Source of the DNA: an uncultured Gammaproteobacteria bacterium | Lineage (GTDB): Bacteria; Patescibacteriota; Microgenomatia; Levybacterales; UBA12049 | NCBI GenBank assembly: GCA_964490105.1 | Contig: CAZAZU010000001.1 | Coordinates: 710,245-774,244 of the forward strand | Direction: 5' to 3' | DNA length: 64,000 nt | Shown: positions 31,487 to 40,766 of the stretch, piece after piece | Position numbering within the stretch: the stretch's first letter is position 1 | Layout of the letters: every line of letters begins with the position of its first letter | Notes under the pieces: generated by a model | Told to the model about the DNA's origin: nothing | Database searches by the model: none | Seen by the model: the letters and a program-made list of their open reading frames with translations, nothing else | Translations under genes and position numbers: made by a program

Positions 31487-31828
31487 ATGAGTGCATCAAG
31501 AATTTTACTTAATTTTATTAATTTAGTTTTTGCACTAATAGAAGGGGTAATCGCTCTTAGAATTATTTTAAGATTTCTAAACGCAAATCCATCGACCCCA
31601 TTTGTTAGATGGGTTAACGATGCAAGTTCTTCTTTAATCTATCCATTCCAAAATATATTTCCCTCTCCGGTTCTTACAGGCGGATTTGTTTTAGAAATGT
31701 CAGCTGTCATCGCCTTAGTGGTTTACGCAATAATTGCATACATAATTAGCGGTTTAATTTCATTCGTAAGTTATAAAACAGTTTATTACACAAGAGATGG
31801 AAGAAAAAAAGTTGTAGAAGAAGAATAA
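31487..31828 (+). CDS. YggT family membrane protein
   Basis: LRIILRFLNANPSTPFVRWV...LIYPFQNIF...AVIALVVYAII. Confidence 0.85.
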   Translation: MSASRILLNFINLVFALIEGVIALRIILRFLNANPSTPFVRWVNDASSSLIYPFQNIFPSPVLTGGFVLEMSAVIALVVYAIIAYIISGLISFVSYKTVYYTRDGRKKVVEEE

Positions 31829-31832
31829 ATAT

Positions 31833-31976
31833 ATGGATGATCCAAAACAGCAAATAGATCAAATAGACGAAGAGGCAAAGCGCCAGAAAGAAGAAGTAGC
31901 TGAGCAAGAAGCACAAAGAATTCAGGAAGAAGCAGACCGACAAAAAGAAGAAATAAGAAACGAAGCTGAAGAATAA
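31833..31976 (+). CDS. 47-aa acidic coiled-coil protein (not in the ORF track)
   Basis: MDDPKQQIDQIDEEAKRQKEEVAEQEAQRIQEEADRQKEEIRNEAEE; starts 4 nt after the YggT stop. Confidence 0.7.
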   Translation: MDDPKQQIDQIDEEAKRQKEEVAEQEAQRIQEEADRQKEEIRNEAEE

Positions 31977-32019
31977 ACCTCAAATTGACATCAAATTCTC
32001 CACCTGAGATTATAGTATA

Positions 32020-32475
32020 GTGAGAGATTTATTAAGACTTATTGGATTTATTTTTATATGTCAGGCTGCGGGATTAATCGGATCCATCTTCACGTTCAAT
32101 TCAGTCAACACCTGGTACTTAACCTTAGAAAAACCATTCTTTAATCCTCCATCTTTTGTGTTTGGGCCAGTCTGGACAACTCTATACTTCTTAATGGGTG
32201 TATCATTATATTTAGTATGGGGAAAGAAAAAAACCGATTTAAAATGGTTCTGGATCCAACTTTCACTAAATACTGTTTGGTCAATTATATTTTTTGGATT
32301 AAAAAATCCGCTATTTGCTTTTATAATAATAGTTCTTCTTTGGATAAGTATTTTTCAGACGATCAAATCATTTAAAAAAGTAAATAAAAATGCTTCATAT
32401 CTTTTATATCCATATCTTTTTTGGGTAAGCTTTGCCTCTGTTCTAAATCTATCAATAGTAATTCTAAACAAGTAA
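32020..32475 (+). CDS. tspO: TspO/MBR tryptophan-rich sensory protein
   Basis: WYLTLEKPFFNPPSFVFGPVWTTLY; PYLFWVSFASVLN. Confidence 0.93.
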   Translation: MRDLLRLIGFIFICQAAGLIGSIFTFNSVNTWYLTLEKPFFNPPSFVFGPVWTTLYFLMGVSLYLVWGKKKTDLKWFWIQLSLNTVWSIIFFGLKNPLFAFIIIVLLWISIFQTIKSFKKVNKNASYLLYPYLFWVSFASVLNLSIVILNK

Positions 32476-32494
32476 TTCATGGTATAATCACGCG

Positions 32495-33127
32495 ATGAAA
32501 AAAGTAATTAAGAAAAATTCCCATGTAGTACTTAGGGAAAATGAATATGACGGCGTGTCTTATGTAAGTCCCACCTGGGAACAAATGGGAGAATACACTT
32601 TTAAGCTAGCCGAAGAAATTCTAGAAACCGGTGAGAAATATGATAGAGTGGTGGCACTTGCAAAAGGCGGATGGACCTGGGCGAGAACCCTAATGGATTA
32701 TTTAGGAATTGATGAAATTTCATCGGTTAGATTTAAATCCTACCAAGGCATAAATGAAGCAATTGAACCACAATTAATTCAGCCTTTAACGGACTCTATT
32801 CATGGACAAAAAGTTTTATTATTTGATGAGGTAATCGACACTGGGGAAACTGTTAGAAAGGCTTCCGAATATTTAAAGGTGATGGGAGCAAAGAATATTA
32901 AAATCGCCTCTCTTTGCTATAAGCCCCACTCATGCATTACTCCTGACTACTTCGCTTTCGAAACTACAGCATGGGTAGTTTTCCCTCATGAAATCAGAGA
33001 ATTTATAGAGGCTTCAACAAAAAAATGGAGAAAATCAAAAGTAGCAGAGAGCGAAATCATAAAACGTCTTGATAAAATCGGAATCCCTGATGAACAGGTA
33101 AAATATTTTTTAAAGAAAATTAAATAA
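32495..33127 (+). CDS. Type I phosphoribosyltransferase (purine-salvage-like)
   Basis: ALAKGG; PRPP loop VLLFDEVIDTGET; WVVFPHE. Confidence 0.85.
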   Translation: MKKVIKKNSHVVLRENEYDGVSYVSPTWEQMGEYTFKLAEEILETGEKYDRVVALAKGGWTWARTLMDYLGIDEISSVRFKSYQGINEAIEPQLIQPLTDSIHGQKVLLFDEVIDTGETVRKASEYLKVMGAKNIKIASLCYKPHSCITPDYFAFETTAWVVFPHEIREFIEASTKKWRKSKVAESEIIKRLDKIGIPDEQVKYFLKKIK

Positions 33128-33477
33128 TGAGTAATACCCCAATTGACGATTATATAAATAGTTTTCCCGAAAATATTTCTGATAAATTAAAAATTATTAA
33201 AAGAACAATCAAAGAAATTGCTCCTGATGCAGAGGAAGTAATAAGTTATAAAATCGCTTGTTTTAAAATAAATGGAAAATATTTAATTTATTTTGCAGGA
33301 TGGAAAAACCATATTTCCATGTATCCAATTCCTAAAGGAGATAAAAAATTTCAAAAAGAAATTGAACGATTTATTTCTGGAAAAGGCACCTTAAAATTTC
33401 CAATCGATAGAGAATTACCTACAGAATTAATTAAAAAGGTTGCGGAATTTAGAATAGAAGAAAACCCTAAATCATAA
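33127..33477 (+). CDS. DUF1801 (YdhG-like) protein
   Basis: IDDYINSFP, PDAEEVISY, FAGWKNHISMYP, KGTLKFP. Confidence 0.9.
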   Translation: MSNTPIDDYINSFPENISDKLKIIKRTIKEIAPDAEEVISYKIACFKINGKYLIYFAGWKNHISMYPIPKGDKKFQKEIERFISGKGTLKFPIDRELPTELIKKVAEFRIEENPKS

Positions 33478-33552
33478 TAAAATCCTCTTTCAGGATTCAT
33501 ACACTTCTTTAATTGCTTTCTCAAGCAATTCAGCTACGATTAAAGCATAATT

Positions 33553-34083
33553 ATGGCTATTAAGCGCACGATTATAGAAGAAGATGAAGCGGATCCGACT
33601 GTTATTCGAAATACTAAAACTATTGTTAATCCTGATATCCATACTAAAGTCGTTGACGCGAAAGAAGAAGTTGTAAATTCTCCGGATTCATCTACTGTAA
33701 AACAAACTAAAATAGTTCATGAACCTCTGGTGGAAGCTGACCATCCCCAAGCAGTTTATGAGACTAAAAAAACTATTTTTAGGTCCTGGCAAATTATTTG
33801 GTATATATTAGCTGTGATTGAAGTAATATTAGGTCTTAGAGTTACATTTAAAGCGATAGGCGCAAATCCATTTTCAGGTTTTGTAAATCTTATATATTCT
33901 ATTTCAGATGTTTTAGTTCTTCCATTTACAGGAATTATTAGATCCACCGTTTCAGGAAATTCAGTGATAGAATGGTCTACTATTTTTGCAGCAGTAATCT
34001 ATGCACTAATCGCATGGGGAATTGTAAGCCTTATCCACATGGCCCGCCCCATAACCCCTGAGGAAGTAGATCACGCAGTTTAA
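33553..34083 (+). CDS. YggT family protein with an N-terminal repeat extension
   Basis: QIIWYILAVIE.ILGLR...GANPFSGFVNLIYSIS...PFTGI. Confidence 0.8.
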   Translation: MAIKRTIIEEDEADPTVIRNTKTIVNPDIHTKVVDAKEEVVNSPDSSTVKQTKIVHEPLVEADHPQAVYETKKTIFRSWQIIWYILAVIEVILGLRVTFKAIGANPFSGFVNLIYSISDVLVLPFTGIIRSTVSGNSVIEWSTIFAAVIYALIAWGIVSLIHMARPITPEEVDHAV

Positions 34084-34101
34084 TCTGATATAATTAATGG
34101 T

Positions 34102-34479
34102 ATGCTTAAAAATTCTCATGCGTTCTCAAGTTTTTCTGTTGATGATTTAAATAAAGCCAAAGAATTTTATGGAAAAACCCTTGGACTAGATGTTAAATTT
34201 ATCGATGACATAGGAATATTAAATATCAAATTCACTGGCGGAATGGAGCTAATGATATATCCAAAAGATAATCATAAACCTGCTACATTTACAGTCCTAA
34301 ATTTTCCAGTAGAAAACGTCGAAAAAACTGTTGACGATCTAATTTCTAAAGGAATAGCCTTTGAGCAATACAAGGAATTTAAAACTGATGGAAAAGGAAT
34401 TTCCCGTGAATGGGGAATGGAAATCGCTTGGTTTAAAGACCCCGCAGGAAATATAATTTCAGTAATGAAAACATCCTAA
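34102..34479 (+). CDS. Glyoxalase/VOC family protein
   Basis: [19 protein letters not shown]; TVLNFPV; [12 protein letters not shown]. Confidence 0.92.
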   Translation: MLKNSHAFSSFSVDDLNKAKEFYGKTLGLDVKFIDDIGILNIKFTGGMELMIYPKDNHKPATFTVLNFPVENVEKTVDDLISKGIAFEQYKEFKTDGKGISREWGMEIAWFKDPAGNIISVMKTS

Positions 34480-34934
34480 TTAAATAGAATCCAAGCTCTC
34501 CAGGATGTAATAATTAGCGCTGATAATAGGATCATTCCTCCCCAAAGCGTGTAAACTCTAAATTGTAAAAACGGAAGAAGCTTCTTCCTGCTTTTTGATA
34601 AATTGCGAGTTATCTTTAGGTAACTTTCTTCCTTTCCAAATAAGGAATCTTCTATCTTTTCTGAAGCCTCGATGATCACAGTTACACTATTATTAAACAT
34701 AAATACTATAAACTCTATACAAAAACACGCTAATAAAAGTACGAAGCAAAGAAAGAATGTAACTAAATCCCCTAGTTTTTCTGAGTTAATTAAAATGATT
34801 CCATAAGCCGATGCCACTAGCGCAGAGCCAGCTGTTAAAAGAGAGAGACATACTGCTTCCCAAACTCCAAGTGTTGAACGAAATGACATCCAGACATTTA
34901 CTTTTACTGACTCTGACAGTTCTCTCTTTTTCAT
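34476..34934 (-). CDS. Hypothetical membrane protein
   Basis: Three hydrophobic segments; TGCTATAAT lies 7 nt before the ATG at 34934. Confidence 0.6.
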   Translation of the reverse strand: MKKRELSESVKVNVWMSFRSTLGVWEAVCLSLLTAGSALVASAYGIILINSEKLGDLVTFFLCFVLLLACFCIEFIVFMFNNSVTVIIEASEKIEDSLFGKEESYLKITRNLSKSRKKLLPFLQFRVYTLWGGMILLSALIITSWRAWILFN

Positions 34935-34975
34935 GGCCATGATTATAGCATAACAATTTCTGATATAATCTCCGA

Positions 34976-35251
34976 ATGCAAAAGAGCGAATTAGGACGAA
35001 GAGTTATGGATTTGGCATTTGGGAAAAGGGTTGAAGGGACTGTTGCTGCTGTACTCAGAAGCCCTGACTCTGTCTCACAAAGATACATAATTAATACTGG
35101 AGAAAATCTCATAGACGCTAAGGTCAGATCATATTTTATGATGGCTCCCCTATTTCCGGTATATTTTCCTCGACCTCCCCTTCAACGCGGAGATGTTTTT
35201 GACGCGAGAACCTTAAGCGCAAGCCCCTGGGTAGACGGACAAACTATCTAG
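34976..35251 (+). CDS. Hypothetical protein
   Basis: 91-aa ORF with TGATATAAT 6 nt upstream. Confidence 0.6.
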   Translation: MQKSELGRRVMDLAFGKRVEGTVAAVLRSPDSVSQRYIINTGENLIDAKVRSYFMMAPLFPVYFPRPPLQRGDVFDARTLSASPWVDGQTI

Positions 35252-35272
35252 CCTCTGCTATAATGGCAACTT

Positions 35273-36190
35273 ATGCCAAAAGAATTACTACAAGCATTTG
35301 TTTTTCCAGGTCAAGGAGTACAAAGAACTGGAATGGGAGCAGATCTTCTTTTTCATGAAAACCCAGATATCGCTAGGTCTGCAACAAGAACTTACGAAGA
35401 AGCAGATGACACTCTTAAATTGAGAATTAAAAAATTAAGTCTTTATGGAGAGCAAGAAAGATTAAATCATCCAGGCCTAACTGAACCTGTCATTCTTACT
35501 GCAAGCATCGCAGCTTTAAGAATCTTAAGAGAAAGAGGGATGCAGGCAGATGTGGTAGCTGGACATAGCTTGGGAGAATACTCTGCATTAGTTGCTGCAG
35601 AAGCGCTTAGCTTTGAACAGGCATTAAAACTTGTTAGATCTAGAGGGTTACTCATGGAACAAGCGGGAAAAATAAATCCAGGGAAAATGGGTGCAATACT
35701 AGGCAATTTAACTCTTGAGGATGTTGAAAGAATTTGCCGGGAATCTGGAGCTGAGATTGCAAATATAAATGCTCCTGACCAAATTGTTATTGCAGGACGA
35801 CATGAATCTCTAGATAAAGCTGGAGAAATCGTAAAAAAAGAAAAAGGGAAATTAGTAGTTTTAAAAGTGAACGTTGCTTCTCATTCTTCCCTGATGGAAC
35901 CAGCCAGAGAGGGAATGAGAGAAATGATAAAAGATGAACCTATCTCTGATCCAACTCTACCAATCGTTATGAATCTTACCGCAGATTATGCATCCGATAT
36001 AGGTAGCATAAAGCGAGAATTAGTGGACCAACTCACTGGAAGAGTTCTTTGGCTAGATACAATTAGACAAATTCATAGAGATGGAGCAGGTACTTTTATA
36101 GACATAGGCCCTGGTCAAGTTTTGGCTAACATGATAAAAAAAATTGAACCTTCTGCTACTACCAAAACCGCAGAAGAAATAATTAGATAA
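35273..36190 (+). CDS. fabD: ACP S-malonyltransferase (FabD-like acyltransferase)
   Basis: Motifs FVFPGQG, AGHSLGEY, VRSRG, ANINAPDQIVIAG, ASHSSLM, IGPGQVL. Confidence 0.88.
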   Translation: MPKELLQAFVFPGQGVQRTGMGADLLFHENPDIARSATRTYEEADDTLKLRIKKLSLYGEQERLNHPGLTEPVILTASIAALRILRERGMQADVVAGHSLGEYSALVAAEALSFEQALKLVRSRGLLMEQAGKINPGKMGAILGNLTLEDVERICRESGAEIANINAPDQIVIAGRHESLDKAGEIVKKEKGKLVVLKVNVASHSSLMEPAREGMREMIKDEPISDPTLPIVMNLTADYASDIGSIKRELVDQLTGRVLWLDTIRQIHRDGAGTFIDIGPGQVLANMIKKIEPSATTKTAEEIIR

Positions 36191-36231
36191 ATGCTTTAAT
36201 TATTTTAAAAAATAATTTACAATTCATTTAA

Positions 36232-37524
36232 TTGAAAACTTTCTATAAACTTCTCGTTGTAGCTTTAATAGTAACCGCCACAAATAATTTCGTGTGGTTT
36301 GCTCTTACTTTTTTTGCCTACCTTGAAACAAAGTCTGTAATTTCTACCGGCTTCGTAGGTGGAATTTATTTAGTAGCTACCGCTGTATCAGCTTTTTGGT
36401 TTGGGTCACTTGTGGATCATCATAAGAAGAAACTTGTGATGCTTTTATCAAGTTTTTTCACTTTAATACTTTTCTCATTAGGATTTCTTATTTCCTCAAT
36501 AAGTCCAGAAAATCTTTTTACGTATGTAGAAAGTCCTGTTCTTTGGATTTTTGCACTTACTCTTATGGCTGGTGTTGTGTCTGGAAATATTTATGGAATC
36601 GCAATCCCAACCCTTGTCACAGTTCTTGTTCCTGAAAAAATAAGAGATAAAGCAAATGGATTATTTGGAACAGTCATGGGGATCTCTTTTGCGATCACTT
36701 CAGTGGGAAGTGGATTCACTCTAGCATTCGGAGGAATGACTGCAGTTATGGCAATTGCAGTAATCCTAACTACATTAGCAATTGGAATTTTAATGTTAAT
36801 AAAAATTCCTGAAAAAACAATAGCTCATGTTGGAGATATGAAGCCTAAGAAAATTGATCTCAGAGGCACATTTAAAGTTATTAGAAATATTCCGGGCCTT
36901 CTGCCTTTAATTCTTTTTACTACTTTTAATAATCTTCTAGGCGGAGTCTTCATGGCGCTGATGGATGCTTACGGCCTTTCATTAGTAAACGTTCAGACAT
37001 GGGGAACTCTGTGGGGATTTTTAAGTTTCGGATTTATAGCTGGAGGATTACTAATAGCAAAATTTGGTCTAGGTAAAAATCCTCTAAAAACATTATTCCG
37101 CGCAAATATAATAATCTGGATCGGATGCATATTTTTTACAATTCAGCCTTCAATAATTCTTCTAACAATTGGTGCATTAATTTGGATGATTTTATTTCCC
37201 TTTATAGAAGCTACTGAGCAAACTATTATTCAGAAAGTGGTACCCGATGAGAGACAAGGAAGAGTTTTTGGATTTGCCCAAAGCATAGAACAAGCTGGAT
37301 CACCTCTTACAGCATTTATGATAGGCCCAATCGCTCAATTATTATTTATCCCCTTTATGACCACAGGGCGCGGAGTTGATTTAATCGGTAACTGGTTTGG
37401 AACAGGAGCAGGAAGAGGAATAGCATTAGTATTTATTATTTCAGGATTAATTGGATTAGTTATTACATTATTAGCAATGGGATCTAAATCATATAAATTA
37501 CTTGGAAAAGCTTATCAAAAATAA
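36232..37524 (+). CDS. MFS transporter (DHA3-like)
   Basis: GSLVDHHKKK, RDKANG, RQGRVFG; about 12 TMs. Confidence 0.9.
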   Translation: MKTFYKLLVVALIVTATNNFVWFALTFFAYLETKSVISTGFVGGIYLVATAVSAFWFGSLVDHHKKKLVMLLSSFFTLILFSLGFLISSISPENLFTYVESPVLWIFALTLMAGVVSGNIYGIAIPTLVTVLVPEKIRDKANGLFGTVMGISFAITSVGSGFTLAFGGMTAVMAIAVILTTLAIGILMLIKIPEKTIAHVGDMKPKKIDLRGTFKVIRNIPGLLPLILFTTFNNLLGGVFMALMDAYGLSLVNVQTWGTLWGFLSFGFIAGGLLIAKFGLGKNPLKTLFRANIIIWIGCIFFTIQPSIILLTIGALIWMILFPFIEATEQTIIQKVVPDERQGRVFGFAQSIEQAGSPLTAFMIGPIAQLLFIPFMTTGRGVDLIGNWFGTGAGRGIALVFIISGLIGLVITLLAMGSKSYKLLGKAYQK

Positions 37525-38279
37525 CTAATACAATCTTCTTTTTCAAATTTTCCAACTTTTATTCTTTTTATAGAAAACGCAAAAGCACCAACCTCCATCT
37601 TCTCTCCTAAATCAGAAGCGATCCTTCTAATGTAAGTTCCCGTTGAGCAAGCGACTCTTATTTTTATCTTTATTAATTCTAGTTCTTTATTTTTCTTTTC
37701 AAATTCTACCCAATTCTTAATAATTTCGTCTTGTCTAAAATCTCCTTCAATCATTTTTACTTTTTCAATGATATTTTTAGCCAAATACGATGCGTCAATT
37801 TTTTCTAAATTCAAAAGCTTTGTAGAGTAAATTTCAATATCTCTCTTAGGAATTTCTATTTCATCTAATTTTTTATTTTTTGCCCACCAATATAGAGATT
37901 TTCCATTTACAGCTTTTGAGGAATATGGAGGATAAATTTGTTTCTGCTTTCCCAAAAAAGATTTCAAACATTTATTTATTTCCTCACTTGAAACATCTTT
38001 TAATTTTATACTTTCAATAACTCCTAAACCATCATATGAGTCAGTTGAAATTCCTAAAATAATTTCTGACTCATATGTTTTCTCTAAGTCTTCATACTCA
38101 TGTCTTTTTTTATTTTCGTCATCAACCAAAAGAAGTAAAACTCCCTCTGCCATTGGGTCAAGACGGCCCGCATAAGAAATTACATTATTTCTTAGTTCAG
38201 GTATATTTTTTTTAAATTCTAAAACAGCTTCTAAAGGGGTCCAGCTAACTGGTTTCCAAACCGGAATTATTTTTTTCAT
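37515..38279 (-). CDS. truB: tRNA pseudouridine(55) synthase TruB family
   Basis: YAGRLDPMAEGVL, QIYPPYSSK, CSTGTYIR. Confidence 0.88.
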   Translation of the reverse strand: MKKIIPVWKPVSWTPLEAVLEFKKNIPELRNNVISYAGRLDPMAEGVLLLLVDDENKKRHEYEDLEKTYESEIILGISTDSYDGLGVIESIKLKDVSSEEINKCLKSFLGKQKQIYPPYSSKAVNGKSLYWWAKNKKLDEIEIPKRDIEIYSTKLLNLEKIDASYLAKNIIEKVKMIEGDFRQDEIIKNWVEFEKKNKELELIKIKIRVACSTGTYIRRIASDLGEKMEVGAFAFSIKRIKVGKFEKEDCISYF

Positions 38280-38563
38280 AATGATCTATCATGAGTAGTA
38301 TTTCTTCTTACCGGATAAACAAACTTAGGCCTAGTTAACCTAGGACTTTCATATAATATTGCTGCGGGGGATGCAGCATGCGGATCAATAGCATTTGATG
38401 TGGACGCTGCAATCATTGCGATATCATCCCCGGGGCACATCATCAATGCACCAATACGAAGAACGGTACTTAGAGCCCACGCTTTTGGACCTGCTATCCT
38501 TTTTTCAGGAGCAGGATTAAAAAAGATGTCAGAATTCTTCAAGAGTGTTTCTTTTGGTCGCAC
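38276..38563 (-). CDS. Hypothetical protein
   Basis: GTG start 6 nt after TGATATAAT; stop overlaps the truB ATG. Confidence 0.55.
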   Translation of the reverse strand: MRPKETLLKNSDIFFNPAPEKRIAGPKAWALSTVLRIGALMMCPGDDIAMIAASTSNAIDPHAASPAAILYESPRLTRPKFVYPVRRNTTHDRSL

Positions 38564-38612
38564 CTGCGGATTATATCATAGCAATTTATAAATGCTTTGT
38601 TATACTAAATTA

Positions 38613-39773
38613 ATGCAAAGGAAAACATTTGCATTCATTGCTTTATCTTTTATAATTTGGCGGTTTATTTTATTTATCCCAGTTTTTGCTGCAGAAAAAA
38701 AATTAGATTATAGACCGGGGTACGAATACACAAGTATCACTGACGCAAGGAATTCTAAAGATAAAAATATTACAGATAAATTACTCCTATCCCCTTGGGC
38801 AAACTTTGATGGACTTCACTATATAACAATCGCCTCAAGTGGATATACGAATAACTATGGCTTTTTCCCTTTATTTCCAAGTTTAATAAATCTTGTATCA
38901 AAATTTTTAGGGGGGTCTGAAACTTTTGATTATGCATATTTTTTTAGCGGATTTTTAATATCTAATTTAGCTTTTTTATTATCACTTTTGGTTTTCTACA
39001 AACTGCTTTCTCTTGATTATTCAGACAAACAAGTTAAAACTTCAATATTAGCATTGCTCCTTTTTCCTGCCTCATTTTTCTTTGGATCAATTTACAGCGA
39101 GAGTTTATTTTTACTACTTCTTCTTGTATCATTTTATTTTGCCAGAAAAAAACAATGGCTCCTGGCAAGCTTCTTTGGATCTCTCTTAACATTAACTCGC
39201 TTTGTAGGAATTTGCATTTTCCCGATTTTAATTTACGAATTTTATAAAAGTAAGGATTGGTCTATAAAAAATTTTATAAAAAGCGGAATATGGGCAACAC
39301 CTGCTGGCCTAGTACTTTATTCGATTTATAATCAGTTGGAAGAAGGTAATTTTTTATATTTCATAAAAGTTCAGGGTAATTTTTTAAACAATAGATCTGT
39401 TGATAGTTTTATTTTTTTTGGACAAACAATTTACAGATATATAAAAATTATTATTACTACTTCTTCAAGTCATTTTGAATGGTGGATCGCACTTCTTGAG
39501 ATAGTTAGTTTTATTTTTATTGCCTTAGTAATAATCTATGCATTAAAAAAAAGAGTTCGCTTTTCGTACATTCTTTTTTCTTTTTTAGCGGTTCTAATTC
39601 CAGCATCATCAGGAACTTTTAGCGCACTCCCTAGATATATTCTCGTTGCATTTATAACATATATTGTAATTGGGGTAACGAATAAAAAAATAAAAATTCT
39701 GTATTTTTCTATTTCCGCAGTGCTACTATTTATTCTTACATTCTTTTTCTCAAGAGGTTATTTTATATCCTAA
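38613..39773 (+). CDS. PIG-V-like (GT76) membrane mannosyltransferase, GT-C fold
   Basis: WANFDGLHYITIA..GY, FFPLFP, IYSESLFL, SALPRY. Start moved to MQRK, after TGTTATACT. Confidence 0.85.
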   Translation: MQRKTFAFIALSFIIWRFILFIPVFAAEKKLDYRPGYEYTSITDARNSKDKNITDKLLLSPWANFDGLHYITIASSGYTNNYGFFPLFPSLINLVSKFLGGSETFDYAYFFSGFLISNLAFLLSLLVFYKLLSLDYSDKQVKTSILALLLFPASFFFGSIYSESLFLLLLLVSFYFARKKQWLLASFFGSLLTLTRFVGICIFPILIYEFYKSKDWSIKNFIKSGIWATPAGLVLYSIYNQLEEGNFLYFIKVQGNFLNNRSVDSFIFFGQTIYRYIKIIITTSSSHFEWWIALLEIVSFIFIALVIIYALKKRVRFSYILFSFLAVLIPASSGTFSALPRYILVAFITYIVIGVTNKKIKILYFSISAVLLFILTFFFSRGYFIS

Positions 39774-39800
39774 TTAAAATAACTGGTATAATAGGTCTCC

Positions 39801-40766
39801 ATGAAAATAGTATTAATTCTTATTTTTGTTTTTGCTTTGTTAATTGGAGGATTTATTTATTTAAACCCGTTTGCAGCGCCCGGAAAAAGTATCAAAACTG
39901 AAATTATTACATTAGATTCTGAGAAAAAAGAGGTAGCAGGCCTAAAGCTTGAAGAGGCGGGTTTTATAAAATCTATGACAGCTTTTGAAATAGCTATGAC
40001 TTTAAAAGGAAAAAACAAGATTCAAAGTGGCGGATATTATCTGTCTAAAAACATGAACACATGGGAAATAATTGACGCACTTTCTGATGGTCCGGATTTA
40101 AAATGGGTCACAGTTCTTCCTGGAATGAGAAAAGAACAAATAGGGGAAAGACTTAAGGAAACTTTTAACTGGAGTGAAGATGAGTTAATAAAGTGGAACA
40201 CGGTATATACCACTCAAAAAGAAGAATATACCGAGGGAGTTTATTTTCCTGATACTTATTTAATTCCTGTTAAAGAAAGTGGTCAGCTAATTGCAGCACG
40301 GATGATAAATAATTTTAACGATAAATTTTCTGATTATTATGATGATTTTGCAGAGAAAAATATTCGATGGACTACAGCAATTAAAATCGCATCTCTAATC
40401 CAAAGAGAAGCTGGTGGACCAAGCGATATGCCATTAATCGCGGGGGTGATGTGGAATAGACTTAATAATAATCAAAAGCTTGATATTGATGCCACCGTTC
40501 AATATGCGAAAGGTAAGACTGATGGAGTCTGGTGGTCCATTGTAACTGGATCTGATATCAGAAATATTGATTCACCTTATAATACGTATAAATATTCTGG
40601 CCTTCCGCCATTTCCAATTTCTAATCCAAGTATTGATGCAATAGATGCTGTACTAAATCCTGAAGATACAGATTGCATATTTTATCTCCATGATAAAAAC
40701 AGGGAAATACACTGTTCCGTAACTTATGAGGAGCACCTTGAATACATCGAAAAATATCTTAAATAA
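39801..40766 (+). CDS. mltG: Endolytic transglycosylase MltG (YceG family)
   Basis: EGVYFPDTY, IASLIQREA, LDIDATVQY, SPYNTY..GLPPFPISNP. Confidence 0.92.
   Translation: MKIVLILIFVFALLIGGFIYLNPFAAPGKSIKTEIITLDSEKKEVAGLKLEEAGFIKSMTAFEIAMTLKGKNKIQSGGYYLSKNMNTWEIIDALSDGPDLKWVTVLPGMRKEQIGERLKETFNWSEDELIKWNTVYTTQKEEYTEGVYFPDTYLIPVKESGQLIAARMINNFNDKFSDYYDDFAEKNIRWTTAIKIASLIQREAGGPSDMPLIAGVMWNRLNNNQKLDIDATVQYAKGKTDGVWWSIVTGSDIRNIDSPYNTYKYSGLPPFPISNPSIDAIDAVLNPEDTDCIFYLHDKNREIHCSVTYEEHLEYIEKYLK

Noticed and set aside
31746-31983. Two 65-aa hydrophobic minus-strand ORFs
   Set aside because: They are antisense to the purine-rich 47-aa coiled-coil ORF, which fits the operon layout better.
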